DNA of 64,000 nt from Prorocentrum cordatum (lineage: Eukaryota): contig CAUYUJ010000134.1 of NCBI GenBank assembly GCA_963575745.1, positions 1 to 64,000 of the forward strand. Direction: 5' to 3'. The translations under genes and the position numbers were made by a program. The notes under the pieces are model-generated. The model saw only the letters and a list, made by a program, of their open reading frames with translations, was not told where the DNA came from and made no database searches. Within the stretch, counting starts at the first letter, position 1; the number at the start of each line of letters is the position of its first letter. This document shows positions 1 to 10,173 of this stretch, in pieces.

Positions 1-749
1 CAGGATGGGCCCCAGACGGCCCAGGGCAGCCCCAGGATGGGCCCAGGAGGGGCGCAGGACAGATGAACAGGGCCCAAGAGGGCCCCAAGAGACGCCCCCA
101 TGACAACCTTAAGAGACTCCCCAAGCGGCCGAGAGTTGAGCAGTGACCGACCGTCTCAGTTGGACTCTAAGCCTGGCCAGAAAAAGTCCTAGAACCAAGC
201 ATGATATCATAACATAAACAATGTGTTCAGAACAATTGGGGGTCCGATCGCGTTGACGTCGGCTGTATGCAACCGCGAAAACTCTTGGGGTGGGCCAGAA
301 ATGCCCCCGCCAAGGCCCCGCTCTGGGGCCCAAAAAACAATATGTTTAGAACATGTTGGAAATGTTCCGAACATGGTTGTTCTGGACGCGCTTCCCGCAT
401 AGAGCAAATGTTCCAAGAATCTCCACTGGAAAATGTTCCGGGCTAATGTTTTGAGCCATTGGTTTTTATGTTCCGGGCCGGTGTTTTTTTCTGATGCGAG
501 CGTGCCGCCGCAGCCTGGGGCGGCACGCTGGTGTCCGAAAGAGGACGGGCCCGCACCACGTAGTCGGACATGCCGTGCTGCGCTGTTCTAACCCCCAGAA
601 GGTTCTAAAAACATGTGTTGGTAGACCTACAAAATGCCGGGACGCGCCGCCATTGTTCGACGAACCCTCACTCCTCAGGATCGAATACATCCCCAGGCCG
701 AATTCTTTCCTCGTGGATGAGAACACCGATGGATCCAATTGGATCCCCC

Positions 750-1292
750 TGTGGTGGACCGTCCTGAGGCCATCTTGGGCCGTCTTGGAGGCCTCTTGGG
801 CAGTCTTGGGGCCCCCTCGAAGGCCTTCCTGGGGGCCCTCTTGGAAGCCTCCTGGGCTGTCGTGGGACGAAATTTGGAGCCTCTAGGGCCGTCTTGGAGC
901 CTCGGGAAACCGAACAGGTGAGAACACCATAATCCATCAAAAACCTAAAAAGGGGATCAGTGACTTTTGCTTCCTAGGGCCCTTTTGAGACGCTTCTTGG
1001 AGGCCTCTGTGGGCGTCGTGGAGGCGTCTGCGGCCATGTGGAAGCCATCTTGGGCGTCTTGGACCGATCGGGAAGCGACCCAGAGACATCTTGAGGACAG
1101 CTTGAAGCCTTCTTGGAGCGTTCTGGGGCGCCGGACAACCGCGCCCAGGCGGGAAACCATCTCTGACGGGACCGTCCCGGTGTACTTCTCGTCCAGGGAC
1201 CCCAGGGGCCGCCCCGCACGCGCGAAGTGGAAATATTGTTTACCAATTACCGGAGATCTTGGCGCGCCTCTGGCCCGTTGGGCCGGCGAATT
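750..1292 (+). mobile_element. Non-autonomous element fragment with CTTGG-periodic body and terminal hairpin, present in long-unit spacers (also ~5950-6490, ~11300-11838, ~34895-35438)
   Basis: Ends GGCCC-GTT-GGGCC GGCGAA TTTT. It is absent from the diverged spacer, where 16505-16595 holds a different ~95 bp between the same flanks. Confidence 0.5.
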
Positions 1293-2399
1293 TTCCGGGA
1301 ATATACATAAAATAATGACTCACATCCTGGACCCACTGGAAACCGGATCCGCGGGGCACCGCACGTGAAGCATCATGCCATCCACGGAACTGTGTATCTG
1401 CTGACCAAAGCTATGATTCTACGAGGGAGGGGGGGTCTTCCAAGGACGGCTAGGGGAAGGAGGAGGGAGGAGGCACGAGGAGAGGGGAGGAGGGGAGAAG
1501 GGACGGGAGAAGGTAAGAGAGAGGAGGAACATTCAGGGAGGAGGTGGGGGGGGAGGAAAAAGGGGAGGAGGAGGAGCAAGAGGGAGGAGGGATGCGGAAG
1601 GAGGAAAGGGGAGGGAGGAGGCGGGGGGAGGAGGGGGGAGGTGGAAGGAGGAGGGAGGAGGGAGGACGGGGAGCAGGAGGACAGGCAAGCAAAGTGTCAA
1701 AATCGGAAGATCGAGCACCACAGCGGGCTGGGCCACCTCCCTCAACCCCTCCCATAACATGTGGTTGCTCGAACGCCACACCGGGCCTGGCCATCTCCGA
1801 AAAATCCTCCCATAACATAAGGTTGCTCGAACGCCACAACGGGCCCGGCCAACTCCCGCATGTCCTCCCATAACATATGGCATGCCCAAACCGAAAAGAA
1901 CGCTACATGTATCCGCTCACTTGAACGGCACGTCGCTTCCGACATTCGGGGCTCAAACGGGAAACTTTTCGGCCTGCGTAAATATTCACAGCACCGGATC
2001 GCAAACTCTCAAATCTCCCAAGCCCCCGGCGTGTTTCCAGGGGCTCCCCCATGTAGTCACTTGACCTTCTCTGGGCCAAGAGAGCCCCAAGACGGGCCAA
2101 GGAGAGGGCCACAAGAAGCTCCCATGACGGCCCAAGAGCTCCCGTAGAGCGTTTCCTCTTCCAACCTCAGTTTCTTCCGCTTCGGGAAAGAGCTTACCTC
2201 TCCCTCTACCCCCACCCCCTGGGTCTGCACTGGGCGCCCCGCGAGCGGTCAGAGCGTCCAAGATGACCCAAAATTGCTCCAAGAGGGCCTCAGAGAGCCC
2301 CAGATGGCCTCCAAGATGGTTCAGGATAGCGCAAGATCGCTCCAGATGGCCTCCCACATGCTCTAAGAGGCCCCCCAGACCAATCCAAGACGGGCCCAA

Positions 2400-2575
2400 G
2401 TGCTATTCAATGCTCTGCAATGCTAACACAACGCCATGCACTCCAACCCCATGAAATGCTACGGAATGTTATGCAATGCTATGCCACGCTACGGTTTTCA
2501 ATGCAATGCAAATGATATGTAGTGCTATACATGATCTGCAATGTTACGCAATACTATGCGACGCACTGCTGCATG
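2400..2575. repeat. Degenerate pentamer (ATGCT/ATGCA) microsatellite downstream of every gene copy
   Basis: Runs such as aatgct atgcaa tgctac recur in all nine units. Confidence 0.8.
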
Positions 2576-2861
2576 ACGCAGTGGCGTGCCATGGACTGCT
2601 TGGGCATATGACGAAACGTCGCAGATCCTGGCAAGCCTAGCGGTACAGTATCAGATTGTTAGTGCGATTGCGATTTCGCATGATCATGCCGATGTTTGCT
2701 GTGGATGTCTGAACTCCGAGCTGAGAGGGGCCCGTGCGGAAACTACCCGACATGCATTCTGTACGCGGTTGAGCGCTGTTGGCCACCGCTGTTGGCCCTG
2801 ACCTTCGCGGGCACGAGACCTCGCGAGAGGAGCGTGGGGCAAAAGCATTCGCTGCGCAGGG

Positions 2862-3648
2862 CTAGCAACTGCCGCTGGCCTGCACTCCCCCCCCCATCAG
2901 GCCTCATGGGCCCAACGCTATCCTTCAGGTAGCATTCACCGTTGTTGGTCACAGTCCAGCCCTTGCATTGGCCCCCGGAAGCCTGGCACCTCACCTTGCA
3001 GAACTCTGCGTTCTGCACTTGGATCGGGCCCTCGTAATTGTGCCCATCGTTGTTCTGCTGGTTCTGCTGGTCCCCGCAGCTGGGGTAGCAGTAGCCGCTG
3101 CCCTGAACGCCCGCATCGCTCTGCATGTCCCCGACGCTTGTCTTCAGGTAGCACTCGTTGTTGTTGGTCACGGTCCAACCCGTGCACTTGTTGCTCCCGC
3201 TCATACCGCACAATCGCTTGCAAGTCTCAGTGTCGGTGTTGACGATCGGGCCCTCGTAGTTGCTGCCCCAGTTGTTGTTCCCATTCCAGGTGCCCCCGCA
3301 GTAGTACGAAGGTCCGGAGCTGAGGCCTCCCTGTTAACTGCCGCACACCCGAGTGGAGCAACTGCTGTCCCAATCAGATTGCGTGTTGTAGTACTGGTGG
3401 GCCTTTCCAGGGCCGCAGTTCGGGCCTGAGCACTCCACGTGGCAACCAGGGGCATACATGCGGCTGTTCCAGTCCGTGCCGCAGTCGCTGCACTCCCCAG
3501 CCGGCCACCAGCAGCAGAAACTGCTGCAGTCTGACGCAGACGCGAGCGAGGTGCTGTTTGCCGCGTAGCCGCGGAGCTGCCGAGCGGACGGCCCCATGTC
3601 CGCCGACGCCACTGCAGCGAAGCCGATCACCTGCATCGCACGCGCCAT
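2862..3648 (-). pseudogene. Copy 1 of the secreted Cys-rich PAN/apple-domain gene, disrupted
   Basis: GAA->TAA nonsense at 3334-3336 (ctgttaactg vs ctgttcactg in other copies), plus a +4 frameshift in the C tract (9 C vs 5 C) near the 3' end. Confidence 0.85.
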
Positions 3649-3716
3649 GCTGTCACAGCGGGTCTCTGGCAAGCTGAGCACAAACGGGGCGCGAGTAGAG
3701 AACTGTGACCTGGAGC

Positions 3717-3739
3717 CTTGAGCCTACAGCCGAAACGGA
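3717..3739 (-). other. Degenerate dinoflagellate spliced-leader relic ending 69 nt upstream of the ATG (also at 8922, 14277, 25988, 27718, 29553, 31389, 33184, 37878)
   Basis: Minus strand TCCGTTTCGGCTGTAGGCTCAAG vs DinoSL DCCGTAGCCATTTTGGCTCAAG: first 5 and last 8 nt match; followed by a second GCTCCAG-like remnant. Confidence 0.55.
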
Positions 3740-3984
3740 TCGATATGAGCGCGTCAGTTGGGCGAATCAAGGTGCCAGGTGATTGAACACGCCGCAGATA
3801 CATTATCAGCGGAGCAGAAGACAGTACGTGTAATGACAACCGGCTCGGTTTTGCTACAGCCTCCTCCAAGTGAAAAGCCGATTTCTGCAAATATGGCCTT
3901 CTGCTCAGGCCCCCACCTCTTCCTCCCATCCGAATTTTTTGCTCTGGCGAGGGCTTCGATTGGAGCCGTAGCTGGAGATCCGCA

Positions 3985-4250
3985 TGATCCGCGTGAGTGG
4001 TGTGCCGAAGTGGGCGGGGCCCCGCATGTGGACGCGCCCACTGGGGCCGCTGGTGAGCTCCCTGTGGGGCACGATCCGCGTGAGGCATGTGCCGAAGTGG
4101 GTCGAGGGCGGCATGCGACGGCGCCCACTGGGGCCGCAGGTGGAGCTCCTTGTGGTGCACGATCCGCGTGAGGCGTGTGCTGAAATGAGCGGGGGGCGGC
4201 GTGCGACGGCGCCCACTGGGGCCGCAAGTGGAGCTCCCTGTGGGTGCACG
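3985..4250. repeat. ~88-bp minisatellite (about 1.5-3 copies per unit) upstream of the gene
   Basis: Unit gatccgcgtgag...cccactggggccgc.ggtggagctcc.tgtgg..cac is repeated; copy number differs between units and it is absent upstream of copy 8. Confidence 0.8.
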
Positions 4251-4805
4251 GCCAGCCACCGGGGCCGCACAGGGGCGTCCGGGGACCCTCGGGACCTCTG
4301 GGAGCGCCCGGGGGTCAGGACGCGGTCGTCGTTGGGCAACTCGAGGCAAGCGGAGGGCCCTGGAGGGCCTCTCGATGGCCTAAAACGGCCTCGACGCGGC
4401 CCCGCGTGAGCCCCCTGAGAAAAGCGTCCAACGGCTAGGAGGGCCCAAAAAAGGCCCAAGAGCCCTCCACTTGGGCCCACCGTTGCTCTACCTCAAAGAT
4501 GAGTCCTCACCAGCCCCCACACGAGTCCTCAAACATGAGTCCTCAACCTCCTGAGGTTGAGGACCCATGCTCCTCATCGACGATCGACGCCCTCTTCTGC
4601 CCCTGCCGCCTTCCACTGCCCAGCAAATCTTCCCCCATGATGTTCCTCGAACTCATCCTCATCCTCATCCATGCTCTTCCTAGTCCTCGAAATTTTCTCA
4701 ACGTTCTGCTGCTCATGTACCCCGTCCTCCTTCCTCCTCCTCCTCCTCGTCCTTCCCCATCCTCGCCCCCCTCATCTTTAGCCTCGTGCTTCTCTCGCTT
4801 ATCCG

Positions 4806-4896
<91 letters not shown>
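4806..4896. repeat. (CAT)n microsatellite in long-unit spacer
   Basis: Perfect CAT run of about 30 units. Confidence 0.95.
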
Positions 4897-4897
<1 letters not shown>

Positions 4898-7800
4898 CGC
4901 CCCATACTCAGTTTCCCCTTTCCTCCTCCTCCCACACATGTTTCAATGGGGCTACCGGAATTCACTTTTCCGCGACTAAGTGGCGTCCAAGACACCAGCT
5001 GCGAGGCCAAAAGGCCCTCCAGGAAGGCCAGATGGTTACAATGCATACGGCATTCCCTAGGTCCTTCACACTTATGCGTTTCCCGAACATGTCAGCTCAA
5101 GATGTTTGGCAGACGGCCTGGGCGAAGCCAAGGGGAGGCCAAGCGCGCAGCACGAGGTCCCCAAGAGGTCCCCCCAGACGGCCCAGGGCAGCCCCAGGAT
5201 GGGCCCCAGACGGCCCAGGGCAGCCCCAGGATGGGCCCAGGAGGGGCGCAGGACAGATGAACAGGGCCCAAGAGGGCCCCAAGAGACGCCCCCATGACAG
5301 CCTTAAGAGACTCCCCAAGCGGCCGAGAGTTGAGCAGTGACCGACCGTCTCAGTTGGACTCTAAGTCTGGCCAGAAAAAGTCCTAGAACCAAGCATGATA
5401 TCATAACATAAACAATGTGTTTAGAACAATTGGGGGTCCGATCGCGTTGACGTCGGCTGTATGCAACCGCGAAAACTCTTGGGGTGGGCCAGAAATGCCC
5501 CCGCCAAGGCCCCGCTCTGGGGCCCAAAAAACAATATATTTAGAACATGTTGGAAATGTTCCGAACATGATTGTTCTGGACGCGCTTCCCGCATAGAGCA
5601 AATGTTCCAAGAATCTGCACTGGAAAATGTTCCAGGCTAATGTTTTGGGCCATTGGTTTTTATGTTCCGGGCCGGTGTTTTTTGCTGATGCGAACGTGCC
5701 GCCGGCCTGGGGCGGCACGCTGGTGTCCGAAAGAGGACGGGCCCGCACCACGTATTCGGACATGCCGTGCTGCGCTGTTCTAACCCCCAAAAGGTTCTAA
5801 AAACATGTTTTGGTAGACCTACAAAATGCCGGGACGGGTCGCCATTGTTCGACGAACCCTCAATCCTCAGGATCGAATACATCCCCAGGCCGAATTTTTT
5901 CCTCGTGGATTAAATATGAGAACACCGATGGATCCAATTGGATCCCCCTGTGGACCGTCCTGAGGCCATCTTGGGCCGTCTTGGAGGCTTCTTGGGCAGT
6001 CTTGAGGCCCCCTCGAAGGCCTTCCTGGGGCCCTCTTGGAAGCCTCCTGGGCTGTCGTGGGACAAAATTTGGAGCCTCTAGGGCCGTCCTGGAGCCTCGG
6101 GAAACCGAACAGGTGAGAACACCACAATCCATCAAAAACCTAAGAAGGGGATCAGTGACTTTTGCTTCCTAGGGCCCTTTTGAGACGCTTCTTGGAGGCC
6201 TCTGTGGGCGTCGTGGAGGCGTCTGCGGCCATGTGGAGGCCATCTTGGGCGTCTTGGACCGATCGGGAAGCGACCCAGAGACATCTTGAGGACAGCTTGA
6301 AGCCTTCTTGGAGCGCTCTGGGGCGCCGGACAACCGCGCCCAGGCGGAAAACCATCTCTGACGGGACCGTCCCAGTGTACTTCTCGCCCAGGGACCCCCA
6401 GGGGCCGCCCCACGCGCGCGAAGTAGAAATATTGTTTACCAATTACCGGAGGTCTTGGCGCGCCTCTGGCCCGTTGGGCCGGCGAATTTTCCGGGAATGT
6501 ACATAAAATAATGACTCACATCCTGGACCCACTGGAAACCGGATCCACGGGGCACCGCACGTGAAGCATCATGCCATCCACGGAACTGTGTATCTGCTGA
6601 CCAAAGCTATGATTCTACGAGGGAGGGGGGGTCTTCCAAGGACGGCTAGGGGAAGGAGGAGGGAGGAGGCACGAGGAGAGGGGAGGAGGGGAGAAGGGAC
6701 GGGAGAAGGTAAGAGAGAGGAGGAACATTCAGGTCGGAAGGTGGGGGGGAGGAAAAAGGGAGAGGAGCAAGGTGGAGGAGGGCTGCCTGAAGGAGGAAAG
6801 GGGAGGGAGGATGCGGGGGGAGGAGGGGGAGGTGGAAGGATGGAGGGAGGGGAGCCGTAGAGCAGGAGGACAGGCAAGCAAAGTGTCAAAATCGGAATAT
6901 CGAGCACCACAGCGAGCCGGGCCTCCCCCCTCAGCCCCTCCCATAACATGTGGTTGCTCGAGCGCCACACCGGGCCTGGCCATCGCCCGAAAAATCCTCC
7001 CATGAGATAAGGTTGCTCGAATGCCACAACGGGCCTGGCCAACTCCCGCATTTCCTCCCATATCATATGGCATGCCCAAAACCGAAGAGAGTGCCACATG
7101 TATCCGCTCATACTGAACGGCACTTCGCTTCCGACATTCGCGGCTCAAGCGGAAAACCTTTCGGCCTGCGTAAGTACTCACAGCCCCGGACCGCAAGCTC
7201 CCAAAATCTCCCAAGCTCCTGGCGTGCTTCCAGGGGCTCCCCCCATGTTGTCACTTGCCCTTTTCTGGGCCAAGAGGGCCCCAAGACGGACCAAGGAGAG
7301 GGCCCCAAGAAGCTCCCATGACGGCCAAAGAGGGCCCAAGAGCTCCCGTAGAGCGTTTCCTCTTCCAACCTCAATTTCTTCCGCTTCGGGGAGGAGTTTA
7401 CCTCTCCCTCTTCCCCCCCCCTGGGTCTGCACTGGGCGCCCCGCAAGCGGTCAGAGCGTCCAAGATGACCCAAAATTGCTCCAAGAGGGCCTTAGAGAGC
7501 CCAAGATGGCCTCCAAGATGGCTCAGGATAGCGCAAGATCGCTCCAGATGGCCTCCCACATGCTCTAAAAGGCCCCCCAAACCAATCCAAGACGGGCCCA
7601 AGTGCTATTCAATGCTCTGCAATGCTCACACAACGCCATGCTATGCAATCCCATGAAATGCTACGGAATGCTACATAATGTTATGCAATGATATGCAATG
7701 ATACGGCTTTCAATGCAATTCAAATGATGTGTAATGCTACGCATGCTCTTCAATGCTACGCAATACTATGCGACGCACTGCTGCATGACGCAGTGGCATA

Positions 7801-8070
7801 CCATGGACTGCTTGGGCATATGACGAAACGTCGCAGATAGGCAAGCCTAGCGGTACGGTATCAGAGTGTTAGTGCGATTGTGATTTCGCATGATCCTGCC
7901 GATGTTTCCTGTGGATGTCTGAACACCGAGCTGTGGGGGCCCGTGCAGAATCTACCCGACATGCATTCTGTACGCGGCTGGGCGCTGTTGGCCACCGCTG
8001 TTGGCCCTGACCTTCGCGGGCACGAGACCTCGCCAGAGGAGCGCGGGGCAAAAGCATCCGCTGCGCAGGG

Positions 8071-8853
8071 CTAGCAATTGCCGCTGGCCTGCACTCCCCC
8101 ATCAGGCCTCATGGGCCCAACGCTATCCTTCAGGTAGCATTCACCGTTGTTGGTCACAGTCCAGCCCTTGCATTGGCCCCCGGAAGCCTGGCACCTCACC
8201 TTGCAGAACTCTGCGTTCTGCACTTGGATCGGGCCCTCGTAGTTGTGCCCATCGTTGTTCTGCTGGTTCTGCTGGTCCCCGCAGCTGGGGTAGCAGTAGC
8301 CGCTGCCCTGAACGCCCGCATCGCTCTGCATGTCCCCGACGCTTGTCTTCAGGTAGCACTCGTTGTTGTTGGTCACGGTCCAACCCGTGCACTTGTTGCT
8401 CCCGCTCATACCGCACAACCGCTTGCAAGTCTCAGTGTCGGTGTTGACGATCGGGCCCTCGTAGTTGCTGCCCCAGTTGTTGTTCCCATTCCAGGTGCCC
8501 CCGCAGTAGTACGAAGGTCCGGAGCTGAGGCCTCCCTGTTCACTGCCGCACACCCGAGTGGAGCAACTGCTGTCCCAATCAGATTGCGTGTTGTAGTACT
8601 GGTGGGCCTTTCCAGGGCCGCAGTTCGGGCCTGAGCAGTCCACGTGGCAACCGGGGGCATACATGCGGTTGTTCCAGTCCGTGCCGCAGTCGCTGCACTC
8701 CCCAGCCGGCCACCAGCAGCAGAAACTGCTGCAGTCTGACGCAGACGCGAGCGAGGTGCTGTTTGCCGCGTAGCCTCGGAGCTGCCGAGCGGACGGCCCC
8801 ATGTCCGCCGACGCCACTGCAGCGAAGCCGATCACCTGCATCGCACGCGCCAT
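8071..8853 (-). CDS. Secreted cysteine-rich protein with two PAN/apple-like domains (copy 2), 260 aa
   Basis: Intronless ORF from ATG with signal-peptide-like MARAMQVIGFAAVASA. Two repeats of C..NYEGP..CxxxC..CxGWTV....CYLK..SGxC, typical of PAN_4/apple domains. Confidence 0.85.
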   Translation of the reverse strand: MARAMQVIGFAAVASADMGPSARQLRGYAANSTSLASASDCSSFCCWWPAGECSDCGTDWNNRMYAPGCHVDCSGPNCGPGKAHQYYNTQSDWDSSCSTRVCGSEQGGLSSGPSYYCGGTWNGNNNWGSNYEGPIVNTDTETCKRLCGMSGSNKCTGWTVTNNNECYLKTSVGDMQSDAGVQGSGYCYPSCGDQQNQQNNDGHNYEGPIQVQNAEFCKVRCQASGGQCKGWTVTNNGECYLKDSVGPMRPDGGVQASGNC

Positions 8854-10011
8854 GTTGTCACAGCGGGTCTCTGGCAAGCTGAGCACAAACGGGGCGCGAG
8901 TAGAGAACTGTGACCTGGAGCCTTGAGCCTACAGCCGAAACGGATCGACATGAGCGCGTCAGTTGGGCGAATCATGGTGCCAAATGTTTGAACACGCCGC
9001 AGATACATTATCAGCGGAGCAGAAGACAGTACGTGATGTGATGACAACCGGCTCGGTTTTGCTACAGCCTCCTCCAAGTGAAAAGCCGATTTCTGCAAAT
9101 ATGGCCTTCTGCTCAGGCCCCCACCTCTTCCTCCCATCCGAATTTTTTGCTCTGGCGAGGGCTTCGATTGGAGCCGTAGCTGGAGATCCGCATGATCCGC
9201 GTGAGTGGTGTGCCGAAGTGGGCGGGGCCCCGCATGTGGACGCGCCCACTGGGGCCGCTGGTGAGCTCCCTGTGGGGCACGATCCGCGTGAGGCATGTGC
9301 CGAAGTGGGTCGAGGGCGGCATGCGACGGCGCCCACTGGGGCCGCAGGTGGAGCTCCTTGTGGTGCACGATCCGCGTGAGGCGTGTGCTGAAATGAGCGG
9401 GGGGCGGCGTGCGACGGCGCCCACTGGGGCCGCAAGTGGAGCTCCCTGTGGGTGCACGGCCAGCCACCGGGGCCGCACAGGGGCGTCCGGGGACCCTCGG
9501 GACCTCTGGGAGCGCCCGGGGGTCAGGACGCGGTCGTCGTTGAGCAACTCGAGGCAAGCGGAGGGCCCTGGAGGGCCTCTCGATGGCCTAAAACGGCCTC
9601 GACGCGGCCCCGCGTGAGCCCCCTGAGAAAATCGTCCAACGGCTAGGAGGGCCAAAAAAGGCCCAAGAGCCCTCCACATGGGCCCACCGTTGCTCTACCT
9701 CAAAGATGAGTCCTCACCAGCCCCCACACGAGTCCTCAAACATGAGTCCTCAACCTCCTGAGGTTGAGGACCCATGCTCCTCATCGACGATCGACGCCCT
9801 CTTCTGCCCCTGCCGCCTTCCACTGCCCAGCAAGTCTTCCCCCATGATGTTCCTCGAACTCATCCTCATCCTCATCCATGCTCTTCCTAGTCCTCGAAAT
9901 TTTCTCAACGTTCTGCTGCTCATGTACCCCGTCATCCTTCCTCCTCCTCCTCGTCCTTCCCCATCCTCGCCCCCATCATCTTTAGCCTCGTGCTTCTCTC
10001 GCTTCTCCGCC

Positions 10012-10091
<80 letters not shown>

Positions 10092-10092
10092 G

Positions 10093-10123
<31 letters not shown>

Positions 10124-10131
10124 CATCATCG

Positions 10132-10173
<42 letters not shown>
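10012..10173. repeat. (CAT)n microsatellite with a few interruptions
   Basis: About 54 triplets with CGT/CCT interruptions. Confidence 0.95.

Noticed and set aside
3860..3900. TTTT-box-like promoter upstream of the PAN gene
   Set aside because: Motif too short to support without TSS data.
4499..5340. Poly-S/D/I/M ORFs in spacers (also 9.7-10.7 kb and 33.1-34.3 kb)
   Set aside because: CAT microsatellite plus repeat sequence; frames differ between units.
8173..8634. 153-aa plus-strand ORF repeated in every unit
   Set aside because: Antisense shadow of the GC3-rich PAN gene.
8854..8886. N-terminal extension MLSLPETRCDS given by the ORF track
   Set aside because: It starts at GTG; the eukaryotic start is the downstream ATG that opens the signal peptide.
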